From a candidate division FCPU426 bacterium (GTDB taxonomy: Bacteria; Oederibacteriota; Muellerivitia; Muellerivitales; Muellerivitaceae): a stretch of DNA of 60,567 bases. Position numbers and translations under genes: made by a program. The DNA lies in the NCBI GenBank assembly GCA_963847625.1, contig CAWKAR010000014.1:1-60567 (forward strand). Direction: 5' to 3'. A model generated the notes under the pieces. It ran no database searches, was not told the origin of the DNA, and worked only from the letters and a program-made list of their open reading frames with translations. This document shows positions 1 through 7,775 of this stretch, piece after piece. Within the stretch, counting starts at the first letter, position 1. Each line of letters starts with the position of its first letter.

Positions 1-62
1 TCAGCTTTTGGAGTTTCAAAAACTAATTCATTCACTCACCTAAAAACTAAGGAGGCAAAACC

Positions 63-972
63 ATGAGGAGGAACATCGCCGAGGAAATCACCAACCGGAT
101 TTTGGAGGACCTGGAAAAGGGCGTCACGCCCTGGGAGAAACCCTGGAAACAGAGGAAGGGCTTACCCCTGCCGGTGAACGCCAGCACGCAGAAGAGGTAC
201 AGGGGTATAAACACATTTTGTTTGTGGCACCAACAGATAGAAAAGGGGTTTTCCTCCCCGGCCTGGATCACCTTCAACCAGGCCAAGGCCTTGAAGGGAA
301 CGGTGCAGGAAGGGCGAGAAGGGGACCGACGTGGTTTTCTACAAGAAGCTTTCCAAGACCAAGAGCCTCAACCTGGAGGATGAGGTATTGCTTGAGGAAC
401 AATCCTTTTGGGTTCTTCGGACCTATACGGTTTTCAACCTGGACCAAGTGGAAGGGCTGGACCACATGAAACCGAAGGCGGAAACCGTCGAGCCCTTCCA
501 GACCCTGGAGGAGGCCGAGGGAATTTTGACGGATTCGGGAGCGGAAATAATCCTCGCACCCGTTGACCAGGCCTTTTACGACCGCAAGACGGACTTCATC
601 ACCCTTCCCTTGAAAGAGAGCTTCGAGAGCCGCGAGGCTTTTTTTGGCGTCGCTTACCACGAAATTTGCCATTGGACCGGCGCAAGCCACCGCCTCAACC
701 GGGAATTCGGGAAGCGCTACGGGGACCAGGCCTACGCCTTCGAGGAACTGGTGGCCGAAATGGGAGCCGCCTTCCTTTGCGCCTCCGTAGGCATACCCTA
801 CACGACCCGGCATTCCAACTACATCGGGGACTGGATTCAGGTCTTGAAGGACCACAAGCGGGCCATCTTCACAGCCGCCGCCAAGGCCCAGGCCGCGATG
901 GACTTCATCTTGAAAACTGAATTCGTTGAATCCGGCTTGGTCGAGGCTACGCCCGACAAGTCGGTAGCCTGA
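63..972 (+). pseudogene. ardC: ArdC-like ssDNA-binding antirestriction protein (DUF1738 + zincin-like domain), split by a +1 frameshift near 306
   Basis: ORF 63..383 has the ArdC N-terminus (PWEKPW, YRGIN, WITFNQAKAL). ORF 331..972 has YTVFNLDQ, HEICHWTG and YAFEELVAEMGAAFL. Removing C306 restores the in-frame VRKGEKGTDVVFYK. GGAGG RBS upstream. Confidence 0.85.
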
Positions 973-984
973 AAGGGGACCAAC

Positions 985-1464
985 ATGAAAAGGCAACTTG
1001 TCATGAGATTCAACCTGGATGCTTTCCCCGCGCCGACCGTTCCGCCTACCTCGTGGTCGGAGGCGCGTGAAACTTACAAGCGGGGGCCGGTGGTGGAGAG
1101 CCCGGATAAAGCGGTGGAGTATTTCAAGCGGTTCATCGGGGGGAAATCCAACGAGGCTTTCCTTTGCATGTACCTGGACCACCGCAACCACGTTCTCGAC
1201 TGTGTTTTGATGCAGGAAGGAACTGTGGACCATACCGCTGTCTACCCCAGGGAGATTTTCAAGAAAGCTTTTGAGCTTGGAACGGCCAGCGGCTTGATCC
1301 TGGTCCACAACCACCCGGGCGGGAGCCTGGAACCCTCCGAGGGGGACCGGGCACTGACCCGGCAGATCATGACCGCCGCCCGATCCTTGGGGTTTACCGT
1401 CCAAGATCATTTGATTGTGGCCCACGAAGGGCATTTTTCCTTCCGCCATGCGGGATTACTTTGA
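985..1464 (+). CDS. radC: RadC-like JAB-domain protein
   Basis: E-x-F-x-x-x-x-LD, GTVDHTAVYPREI, LVHNHPGG...PSEGD and DHLIV JAB/MPN motifs. Confidence 0.92.
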   Translation: MKRQLVMRFNLDAFPAPTVPPTSWSEARETYKRGPVVESPDKAVEYFKRFIGGKSNEAFLCMYLDHRNHVLDCVLMQEGTVDHTAVYPREIFKKAFELGTASGLILVHNHPGGSLEPSEGDRALTRQIMTAARSLGFTVQDHLIVAHEGHFSFRHAGLL

Positions 1465-1478
1465 AAGGAGATTTTGAA

Positions 1479-1667
1479 ATGAAAATGAATTGTTGGGTTT
1501 GCGGGGAGGAATTGGAGGTTCCCGAAAAGAAAATTCGGGAATTCCAAAAGGAAAATCCGGGGGAAGAACCCTTGGCCGCTTGCGGGAAAATTTCCTGCTC
1601 CCCTTGCTTCCAGGCCGTGATGGGCAATTACCTGAGAGTCGTAAAGGAATATTCAGATAGTCCTTAA
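1479..1667 (+). CDS. small hypothetical protein with CxxC motifs (possible Zn finger)
   Basis: AAGGAG RBS; CWVC ... CSPC; follows radC in the same orientation. Confidence 0.6.
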   Translation: MKMNCWVCGEELEVPEKKIREFQKENPGEEPLAACGKISCSPCFQAVMGNYLRVVKEYSDSP

Positions 1668-1687
1668 CGGACCGGGAGGGAGAAGCC

Positions 1688-1906
1688 ATGGAAAACCAAA
1701 CCAGAGGGATCAGGAAGAGGGACCGCATGAACCAGGGAATCAAGCAGGGCGAAAGGCCGGAGAAAATGGGGTTTGAGACGCCCTATTACATGTACTCCTT
1801 TTGCCGGGTTTGTGGGACACGGATGTACGTCCGGGTTCAGGACTTGGGGAAGATTTGCCCGGATTGCGATCCGGATCAAAGGGATGAAATCCGGAAAGGA
1901 GATTAG
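1688..1906 (+). CDS. small hypothetical Zn-ribbon protein
   Basis: GGGAG RBS; CRVC...CPDC motif pair. Confidence 0.65.
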   Translation: MENQTRGIRKRDRMNQGIKQGERPEKMGFETPYYMYSFCRVCGTRMYVRVQDLGKICPDCDPDQRDEIRKGD

Positions 1907-1908
1907 CC

Positions 1909-2151
1909 ATGGAGTTAAACATCGAAATTCCAGGGATCAAAAAGGTTCTTTATGAATTGGTTTTTGTTCGTGGATACCAACAGCGGATTGTCACCAAGGT
2001 TTATTTCAAGAACAAAAGCGCCTTAACTTTTAGCGGCTCTTTACCCAAGAAGGAGGCCCGCCGACAGGCCGTTATCCAGAAGGCCCTGGAAGCCGGGATG
2101 ACACCGGAGGAAGCGGAGATTTTCGCGGACTCAAAGGCCCAGGTTCGATGA
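1909..2151 (+). CDS. hypothetical protein
   Basis: AAGGAG RBS; starts 2 nt after the previous stop; 80 aa. Confidence 0.6.
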   Translation: MELNIEIPGIKKVLYELVFVRGYQQRIVTKVYFKNKSALTFSGSLPKKEARRQAVIQKALEAGMTPEEAEIFADSKAQVR

Positions 2152-2170
2152 GGGGAAACGGGGGAACCAA

Positions 2171-2211
2171 CCGCCACCGGGCCGGTGTTGCCTTCGTGAC
2201 CCCGGTGGTGG
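2171..2211 (+). terminator. GC-rich hairpin after the ardC-radC operon (possible terminator)
   Basis: CCGCCACCGGG ... CCCGGTGGTGG inverted repeat; no clear U-tract. Confidence 0.3.
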
Positions 2212-2605
2212 CGCGGGTTCGATGGAAAAAAGGTGGGGTTCTTTGTAGTCAGTAGCTTGGCTTATCGTTTGAGTTGTTTGCTCCGAGGGCTTCAATTCCA
2301 TTTTGTTGAAAATCAATCAGTCGTTCCTCTGAAGCCGGAAGGCTTATATCAGCTAAAGTCCCTTTCGGGCAGGGTGAATCATTCATTGAATTCCGGGGAA
2401 AATGCAGGATGACGAACAGTCAAAAGAGGTCCAGGATTGGCAAGTACCGGGAAAAATTTGGAAAGCGGCCAATATTTGTTCGAGAAAAATTGGACCCTGG
2501 AATTTATCATCGGTTATCGCTTGGAACCATGTTAAACATAAAATGCCAGCGGGTTTGAACTATAATTATTATTCTCTTATTCTTTCTTTTTGCGGGAGGC
2601 AAATA

Positions 2606-3133
2606 ATGGCGGGCAGTGATCGAGCCACCGAATTAACCCGGCGATTATCAGCGATACTCGAAGATTGCAAACGAATCAAAAAATCTTTGGAAAGCTATCT
2701 AAAGGATTCGGATGATCGTCCTGATATTCATTTTGAAATACTCCGCATTTTGAGCAACGCCCTTGCCGCCTATGAGCTTATTGTTCCCGTAAAAGAAGCC
2801 GGAGAATTCCACGGTATTCCCCATGAATCAATGAAAGAGAATAAAAAGTTCACCATTCGTCATACCGAACGCCCTGAGGATTGGGATTTCCGGCCCTGGC
2901 TTTCAGAAAAACTTAACCGAATACAGGAAGCCGCCAAAAGCATGGTGAAGTACTGGATCATGGACCCGGGAACCATCAAACTTTCCGAAGATTCCCCGGT
3001 CTCACCGAAGGAGTGGGTCCGGGATGGAGCGCTTTTTGGTTTTAGGGAAGTGGAGATTTTGGCACTCAAGGTGTTCCAGGAAGTGTGCATGGATACGGTT
3101 GAAATCAAACCATCGGTCACGGAAGAAGGATAA
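2606..3133 (+). CDS. hypothetical protein (~175 aa)
   Basis: GGGAGG RBS before ATG 2606 within ORF 2402..3133; no family recognised. Confidence 0.6.
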   Translation: MAGSDRATELTRRLSAILEDCKRIKKSLESYLKDSDDRPDIHFEILRILSNALAAYELIVPVKEAGEFHGIPHESMKENKKFTIRHTERPEDWDFRPWLSEKLNRIQEAAKSMVKYWIMDPGTIKLSEDSPVSPKEWVRDGALFGFREVEILALKVFQEVCMDTVEIKPSVTEEG

Positions 3134-3265
3134 AAAAGAGAACCGGCTGGTTTGACGATGGAAGAGACAAATGAGAACCGGATGTTTATTTCGTGGAAAC
3201 CGGATTTCCAGCTCTCCAATGCCAATGACATCCCCCTGGAACCAAAAAGATGACTCCTTGATAGG

Positions 3266-3293
3266 TGTCAGAAAAAGACATATAATTCTGACA
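3266..3293. promoter_or_regulatory. inverted-repeat operator overlapping the abiE promoter
   Basis: TGTCAGAA-N12-TTCTGACA overlapping a TATAAT, directly upstream of the abiEi RBS; AbiEi antitoxins autoregulate via such inverted repeats. Confidence 0.65.
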
Positions 3294-3309
3294 AAAGGAG
3301 TTATTACCC

Positions 3310-3906
3310 ATGAGCCCCCTCATTGAATCCATACTTAGCTCATCCAAGGCAATGCCGGAGGGAAGCGTATTGTCCCCCAAGGAGTTTTTGGGAAAAAACA
3401 CCCGCGCCGCGGTGGATCAGGCTTTTACCCGCCTGACGAAAGCCGGGAAATTGATCCGGGTTGAAAGGGGCGCTTACGTTGCCCCCGTGGAAGGCCGTTT
3501 TGGCAGCCGGCCCCCGTCCCCGGAAGCCGTCATCAAGTTTATCGCCATCAAGAAGGGCGAGGAAGTATCCCCCAACGGGGCTGTGGCGGCCAACGCCCTG
3601 GGCCTCTCCACCCAGGTCCCCGTCCAGGAAGTGTTTATCACCTCCGGGAGGAACCGTACCCTGAAACTCGGGAAACGAACGATCCGGTTCAAGCACGCCC
3701 CGAGGTGGCAGTTGTCTTTGGGCAACCGTCCGGCGGGAATGGCCATCCGCGCCCTGGCATGGATCGGGGAGGCGCATGGGCCGGAGGCCCTGTCCAAAAT
3801 CCGGTTGAAACTTCCCAAGGTGGAATGGGAGTTGATGGTCGCTTCGAGGGCTTCATTCCCGGAATGGATCGCGAGATTGCTGGGTGAAGCCGGCCACCTT
3901 GGCTGA
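3310..3906 (+). CDS. abiEi: type IV TA antitoxin, AbiEi-like (DUF6088 family)
   Basis: RAAVDQAFTRLTKAGKLIRVERGAY winged helix; AANALGLSTQVP; overlaps the nucleotidyltransferase toxin gene. Confidence 0.85.
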   Translation: MSPLIESILSSSKAMPEGSVLSPKEFLGKNTRAAVDQAFTRLTKAGKLIRVERGAYVAPVEGRFGSRPPSPEAVIKFIAIKKGEEVSPNGAVAANALGLSTQVPVQEVFITSGRNRTLKLGKRTIRFKHAPRWQLSLGNRPAGMAIRALAWIGEAHGPEALSKIRLKLPKVEWELMVASRASFPEWIARLLGEAGHLG

Positions 3907-4918
3907 GTCCTATTTTTCCCTATCAAGGGCGGACCGTAAGGAAGCCCTGAAGGCCGCTTCTGCCAGGACAGGCCGCCCGGCCTACCTCTTGGAAAAGGAC
4001 GTTTGGGTCGTCTGGACCCTGGCGGCGCTGTTTGAATCCGCGATTGCCCCGGCCCTTACTTTCAAGGGTGGTACTTCTCTTTCCAAGGCTTACAACGTCC
4101 TCAACCGGTTCTCCGAGGACATCGACCTGACCTGCGGCATCCGCGAGTTCATTCCCGAAATCAAGGCTGGGGAAAGCGGCATTCCCGCCACCCCCAGCAA
4201 GGCGAAAAAATGGTCCGATAAGGTCAGAAAAAGCCTGCCGGGTTGGATTACGGGGAAAGTCAGGCCGATCCTCTTGGAAGCCCTCCGGCAAGGCAAACTG
4301 GACGCGGAATTCACGAACAGCGGAACCGACAAGGAAAAACTCCTGGTCAATTACCCTCCATTAACAGAGGGCTCCGGTTATGTCAGTCCCACGGTGCAAC
4401 TGGAGTTCGGCGCGCGCTCCACCGGCGAGCCGCGCGAAAAGAGGCTCATCACCTGTGATATGGCGGCCAAAATGCCGGAATTGGCCTTTCCCGAGGCGTC
4501 CCCCAATGTCATGAGGATTGAAAGGACCTTTTGGGAAAAAGCCACGGCGGTCCATGTTTATTGCCGGCAATCGGAAGCCCCGAGCGTGCGTTTTTCCCGC
4601 CATTGGTACGACTTGGTTGAAATATCGCAAACGGTTTATTTTCAGGATGCCGTTGGGGACAAGGACCTGGCCCAGGAAGTGGCCCGGCACAAGGAAATGT
4701 TTTTCAGGGAAAAAGACTCCAAAGGAAAACTTGTTAGTTACCTCAATGCCGTCAAGGGCGACATTCAACTGGTCCCCCAGGGAAAGGGATACCAAGATTT
4801 AGCCTTGGATTATGGAAAGATGACGGAAGCGGGGTTGATCCCAAGCCCGCCAAGTTTCGAGAAGATCATGACGGATTGCGGAAAAATAGAGGCTCGAATA
4901 AACAGTGGAAATAGTTAG
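3884..4918 (+). CDS. abiEii: type IV TA toxin, AbiEii/AbiGii nucleotidyltransferase
   Basis: LEKD..., FKGGTSLSKAY..RFSEDIDL, ERTFWEK, RHWYD motifs. Confidence 0.92.
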   Translation: MKPATLAESYFSLSRADRKEALKAASARTGRPAYLLEKDVWVVWTLAALFESAIAPALTFKGGTSLSKAYNVLNRFSEDIDLTCGIREFIPEIKAGESGIPATPSKAKKWSDKVRKSLPGWITGKVRPILLEALRQGKLDAEFTNSGTDKEKLLVNYPPLTEGSGYVSPTVQLEFGARSTGEPREKRLITCDMAAKMPELAFPEASPNVMRIERTFWEKATAVHVYCRQSEAPSVRFSRHWYDLVEISQTVYFQDAVGDKDLAQEVARHKEMFFREKDSKGKLVSYLNAVKGDIQLVPQGKGYQDLALDYGKMTEAGLIPSPPSFEKIMTDCGKIEARINSGNS

Positions 4919-5053
4919 AAGAGTTCTCCTTCGGGCGCTTCAACCCCACCCCATGAGCGATTGATCGATCATTCTCCCTGAACACGGAGGCTTTCTTCCA
5001 TTGTGCGTGATTGCCGGTGGTACTAAAATCAGCGCCGGCCGTAGTTAAAGGAT

Positions 5054-6108
5054 GCCGAATTCACGGAGTAAGTGCAACACTTCGCCGGAAGACTTCCGCC
5101 GGAGTTTTAAAGCCCAAACATTTCCTGGGCCTGTTATTGAGCCATCTTTCTATGGTCCTGAATTCTTTGAAGGACACTTTAGCAAGATCAGTCTTTTTAG
5201 GCAAATGGCGGCGGACAAGACCGATAGTATTTTCCACCGTACCTTTTTCCCAACTGTGGAAAGGGGCGCAGAAAAAGGATTTTGTACCAAGCACGTGGTT
5301 GGTTTCCAAGTGGTTGGTGTTTTCGGTTCCGTTGTCATAGGTCAGACTCAGGCGGGCGTCTTGAGGGAAGCGGCATAAAGCGCGGTTGAGGCTATGACTC
5401 ATTTGGCGAGCGGTCTTTCGTTTGAGCTTTCCCAACTTGGAAAAACGGCTTTGACGCTCGACGAGAGCCCGCATAGCAACTTTACTCTGACGAGAGACCA
5501 TGGTGTCGGTTTCCCAATGGCCGAATTGCTTGCGTTGATTGGCGATCTCGGAGCGCTTATCGATGGAAACACGGCCTGGGATATGGTTTTTGGCGTGCTT
5601 ACGGCTATGGCCAAATGAGAATCGTCGCCGGTGGTGTCGAACTAGGCAAGGAATCAGCTCAGTGGCTTCAGCATAAACCCACTGATAGATAGCTTCAGGA
5701 CCAATGGTTTGCTTAGGCCGTAGGTGACCTAATCGACCTGAAATGAGTTCTGGAGACCAGCCTCGTTTCAATTGACGACGGACGTAGGCACGAATTCGTT
5801 TTGTTTTCAGGCGTAAACGGCGTGCTCGTTGTTGGTTGCGGTCAACATACCGTTGATGGGCTCGATGAGAAAGATAATAACCAGAACGGATAGGGGGAGC
5901 ATTGCGCTTGAGTTCCCTGGAGAGGGTGGAAGGAGACCTCTTCAAGGCGCGTGAAATTGCTCGAAGGCTAAGACCCTTTCCTTTCAAGACGGATAAATGA
6001 TCTCTTTCTTCAACGCTTAAATGCTTGTATTTCTTTTTCATAGCCGCATATCCTATTCATGCGGCCTTCTTCAGACACTAAGTGTTGCACTTACTTATGG
6101 AACTCGGG
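5054..6108 (-). mobile_element. IS30-family insertion sequence (copy A)
   Basis: Imperfect 29-bp terminal inverted repeats sharing AGTAAGTGCAACACTT (5054-5082 / 6080-6108); 3-bp target duplication GAT (5051-5053, 6109-6111). Confidence 0.88.
5061..6041 (-). CDS. IS30-family transposase
   Basis: N-terminal HTH (LSVEER..SLRAISRAL.RSPSTLSRELKRN); DDE core GHWETDT, TYDNGTE, WEKGTVEN; NNRPRKCLGFKTP. Confidence 0.95.
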   Translation of the reverse strand: MKKKYKHLSVEERDHLSVLKGKGLSLRAISRALKRSPSTLSRELKRNAPPIRSGYYLSHRAHQRYVDRNQQRARRLRLKTKRIRAYVRRQLKRGWSPELISGRLGHLRPKQTIGPEAIYQWVYAEATELIPCLVRHHRRRFSFGHSRKHAKNHIPGRVSIDKRSEIANQRKQFGHWETDTMVSRQSKVAMRALVERQSRFSKLGKLKRKTARQMSHSLNRALCRFPQDARLSLTYDNGTENTNHLETNHVLGTKSFFCAPFHSWEKGTVENTIGLVRRHLPKKTDLAKVSFKEFRTIERWLNNRPRKCLGFKTPAEVFRRSVALTP

Positions 6109-6117
6109 GATGATTTA

Positions 6118-6411
6118 ATGACCAAAAAATATTTTTCACTGCAAAAAGAAGCGGATAAATTCTGCTTATTCGTGGGTATCAAACCCGATAAAGTGGACCG
6201 GACCAAATCGTTAATGGTTGAATTCTTTTATGAGGAGGGGACCTGTAACACCCATAAAAAGACGCCTGAACTCATCCGGGTGGAATATGAACCTTTGGAA
6301 AAAGACACCATCAATTTAAGGTACCTTTGCTGTTGTGAAGAATATAAAACCAAATTACAGGGTTTGGTTTACCCGTTTCTAAAGAAAGACGCCGAACTTA
6401 CAAAATCATAA
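6118..6411 (+). CDS. hypothetical protein
   Basis: 97 aa from ATG 6118; its likely RBS (AAAGGA) is left on the far side of the IS30. Confidence 0.55.
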   Translation: MTKKYFSLQKEADKFCLFVGIKPDKVDRTKSLMVEFFYEEGTCNTHKKTPELIRVEYEPLEKDTINLRYLCCCEEYKTKLQGLVYPFLKKDAELTKS

Positions 6412-6592
6412 ACCGAATACCCTGAAAGCCCTTCCAACCTTCCTTGCCGTAGTTCTTATTCCTAAATCCTCTATTCAACGAGCTCGACAACTTTACAGTC
6501 GTTAAACCGCTTTCCGCTAAATTATCCCGGATCGAAGCAAAATTTTTTATACAGCGATATCCTTACTATGTGTCCTGTTGGGTGGGGGATAT

Positions 6593-6835
6593 ATGGAACA
6601 AATGGAATCAAAACGGTGTTTTATCCTCAACAAAGATATCTACTTGATCCATGAGATAACTATGGATTTAAGGGACAACCTGATTATCAAAAGCAGGGGG
6701 GACAGGAGATGTAGCGAAGCTTTTAATTGCGATAAACTTAAAAATAAATGCAAGTGGGTTTCGATGGAATATAACTTTGATGGAATGAACCCCAAAAACC
6801 TGCCGCCTGCGGACGAAAATCCCCTTAACAATTAA
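6593..6835 (+). CDS. hypothetical Cys-containing protein
   Basis: GGGGGA RBS; 80 aa with RCSEAFNC...KCKW. Confidence 0.5.
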   Translation: MEQMESKRCFILNKDIYLIHEITMDLRDNLIIKSRGDRRCSEAFNCDKLKNKCKWVSMEYNFDGMNPKNLPPADENPLNN

Positions 6836-6841
6836 TCCCGA

Positions 6842-7405
6842 TCAAGCATTTCCCCGATTGTCGGTCGTATCCACCGGAAAGATTTTGGATTCGTGCTTTT
6901 TCAACACCATATCCAGGTCGATCCTGTTATCCGCGAAACGAATCAATTCCTTTGGATGAATGTCGGGAAACAAGGCTATTTCCACGTGCTTGCCGGTTTG
7001 CTTGACCAACTCCAAGACGGGGGAATAGTCATCGTCCTCGGTGACGAGAATCGCGGTGTCATAAAGGTTTCGCGCCGCGTAAAAGACCAATTCGGAGGAA
7101 AGCAAGACCTCTACGCCCTTTTCATGGTAACTGTTATTAACGTGGTTGAGCACCATACGGCCCAAGCGAAGCTCCAGATAAGGGGTACGGTCGAGGGAAT
7201 CCAGGAACGGTTGCTGGGTTTTGGCTTTTTCAGGGAAGTTTTTCTGGTCATAGGCGACGTTATAGTAAAAAGAGCGCACTAATTCCCGTTCAGACCCGGC
7301 CAGGGCGGAACTGAGTTGGTAGTAATCAACCCTTGTCGCAAGGTTATTCCTCTTGAGACCGAAATAGAAATTATTCCCGTCGATAAATACGCAGACTCGT
7401 TCCAT
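6842..7405 (-). CDS. NYN-domain (PIN-like, LabA/DUF88) protein
   Basis: VFIDGNN, EKGVEV, AILVTEDDDYSPVL..VKQTGKHV motifs. Confidence 0.88.
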   Translation of the reverse strand: MERVCVFIDGNNFYFGLKRNNLATRVDYYQLSSALAGSERELVRSFYYNVAYDQKNFPEKAKTQQPFLDSLDRTPYLELRLGRMVLNHVNNSYHEKGVEVLLSSELVFYAARNLYDTAILVTEDDDYSPVLELVKQTGKHVEIALFPDIHPKELIRFADNRIDLDMVLKKHESKIFPVDTTDNRGNA

Positions 7406-7775
7406 GAATGCCTTTTTCCATTCCTGATTTGTTTTAAAATGGGGATTAATTATAAAAGGGAAAAGTCGAAAAACCATATAATTGAGCATTTGCTAATGAG
7501 AGCGTAATTCATTGTATCGAGGGAATTGTCTGAATTCGACTTAGGACTGAACACTAAATGGTTTTTATTACGAAAGATTTTTTGGAGGAAGCCCTTCCCA
7601 GGGAGAGTTTAAACGAAACGAAATATATATTTTAATGCTTCTTATATGGTTTTAATGACCTCGCAATCTTTCTTTATTTCAATAAAAACGAGTGAGATTT
7701 ATTATCCTCGAAAAAGACTTTCATAGCCGCTTCTGTAGGAGTATGGTAAATCATCTTCTACAGATGGTGGTTTAT

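Noticed and set aside
274..1449. 391-aa minus-strand ORF
   Set aside because: Antisense shadow of ardC/radC in GC-rich DNA; no recognisable motifs.
5050..6112. 5-bp target duplication GGATG for IS30 copy A
   Set aside because: A 3-bp duplication with 29-bp ends fits both IS30 copies and restores the interrupted gene at copy B.
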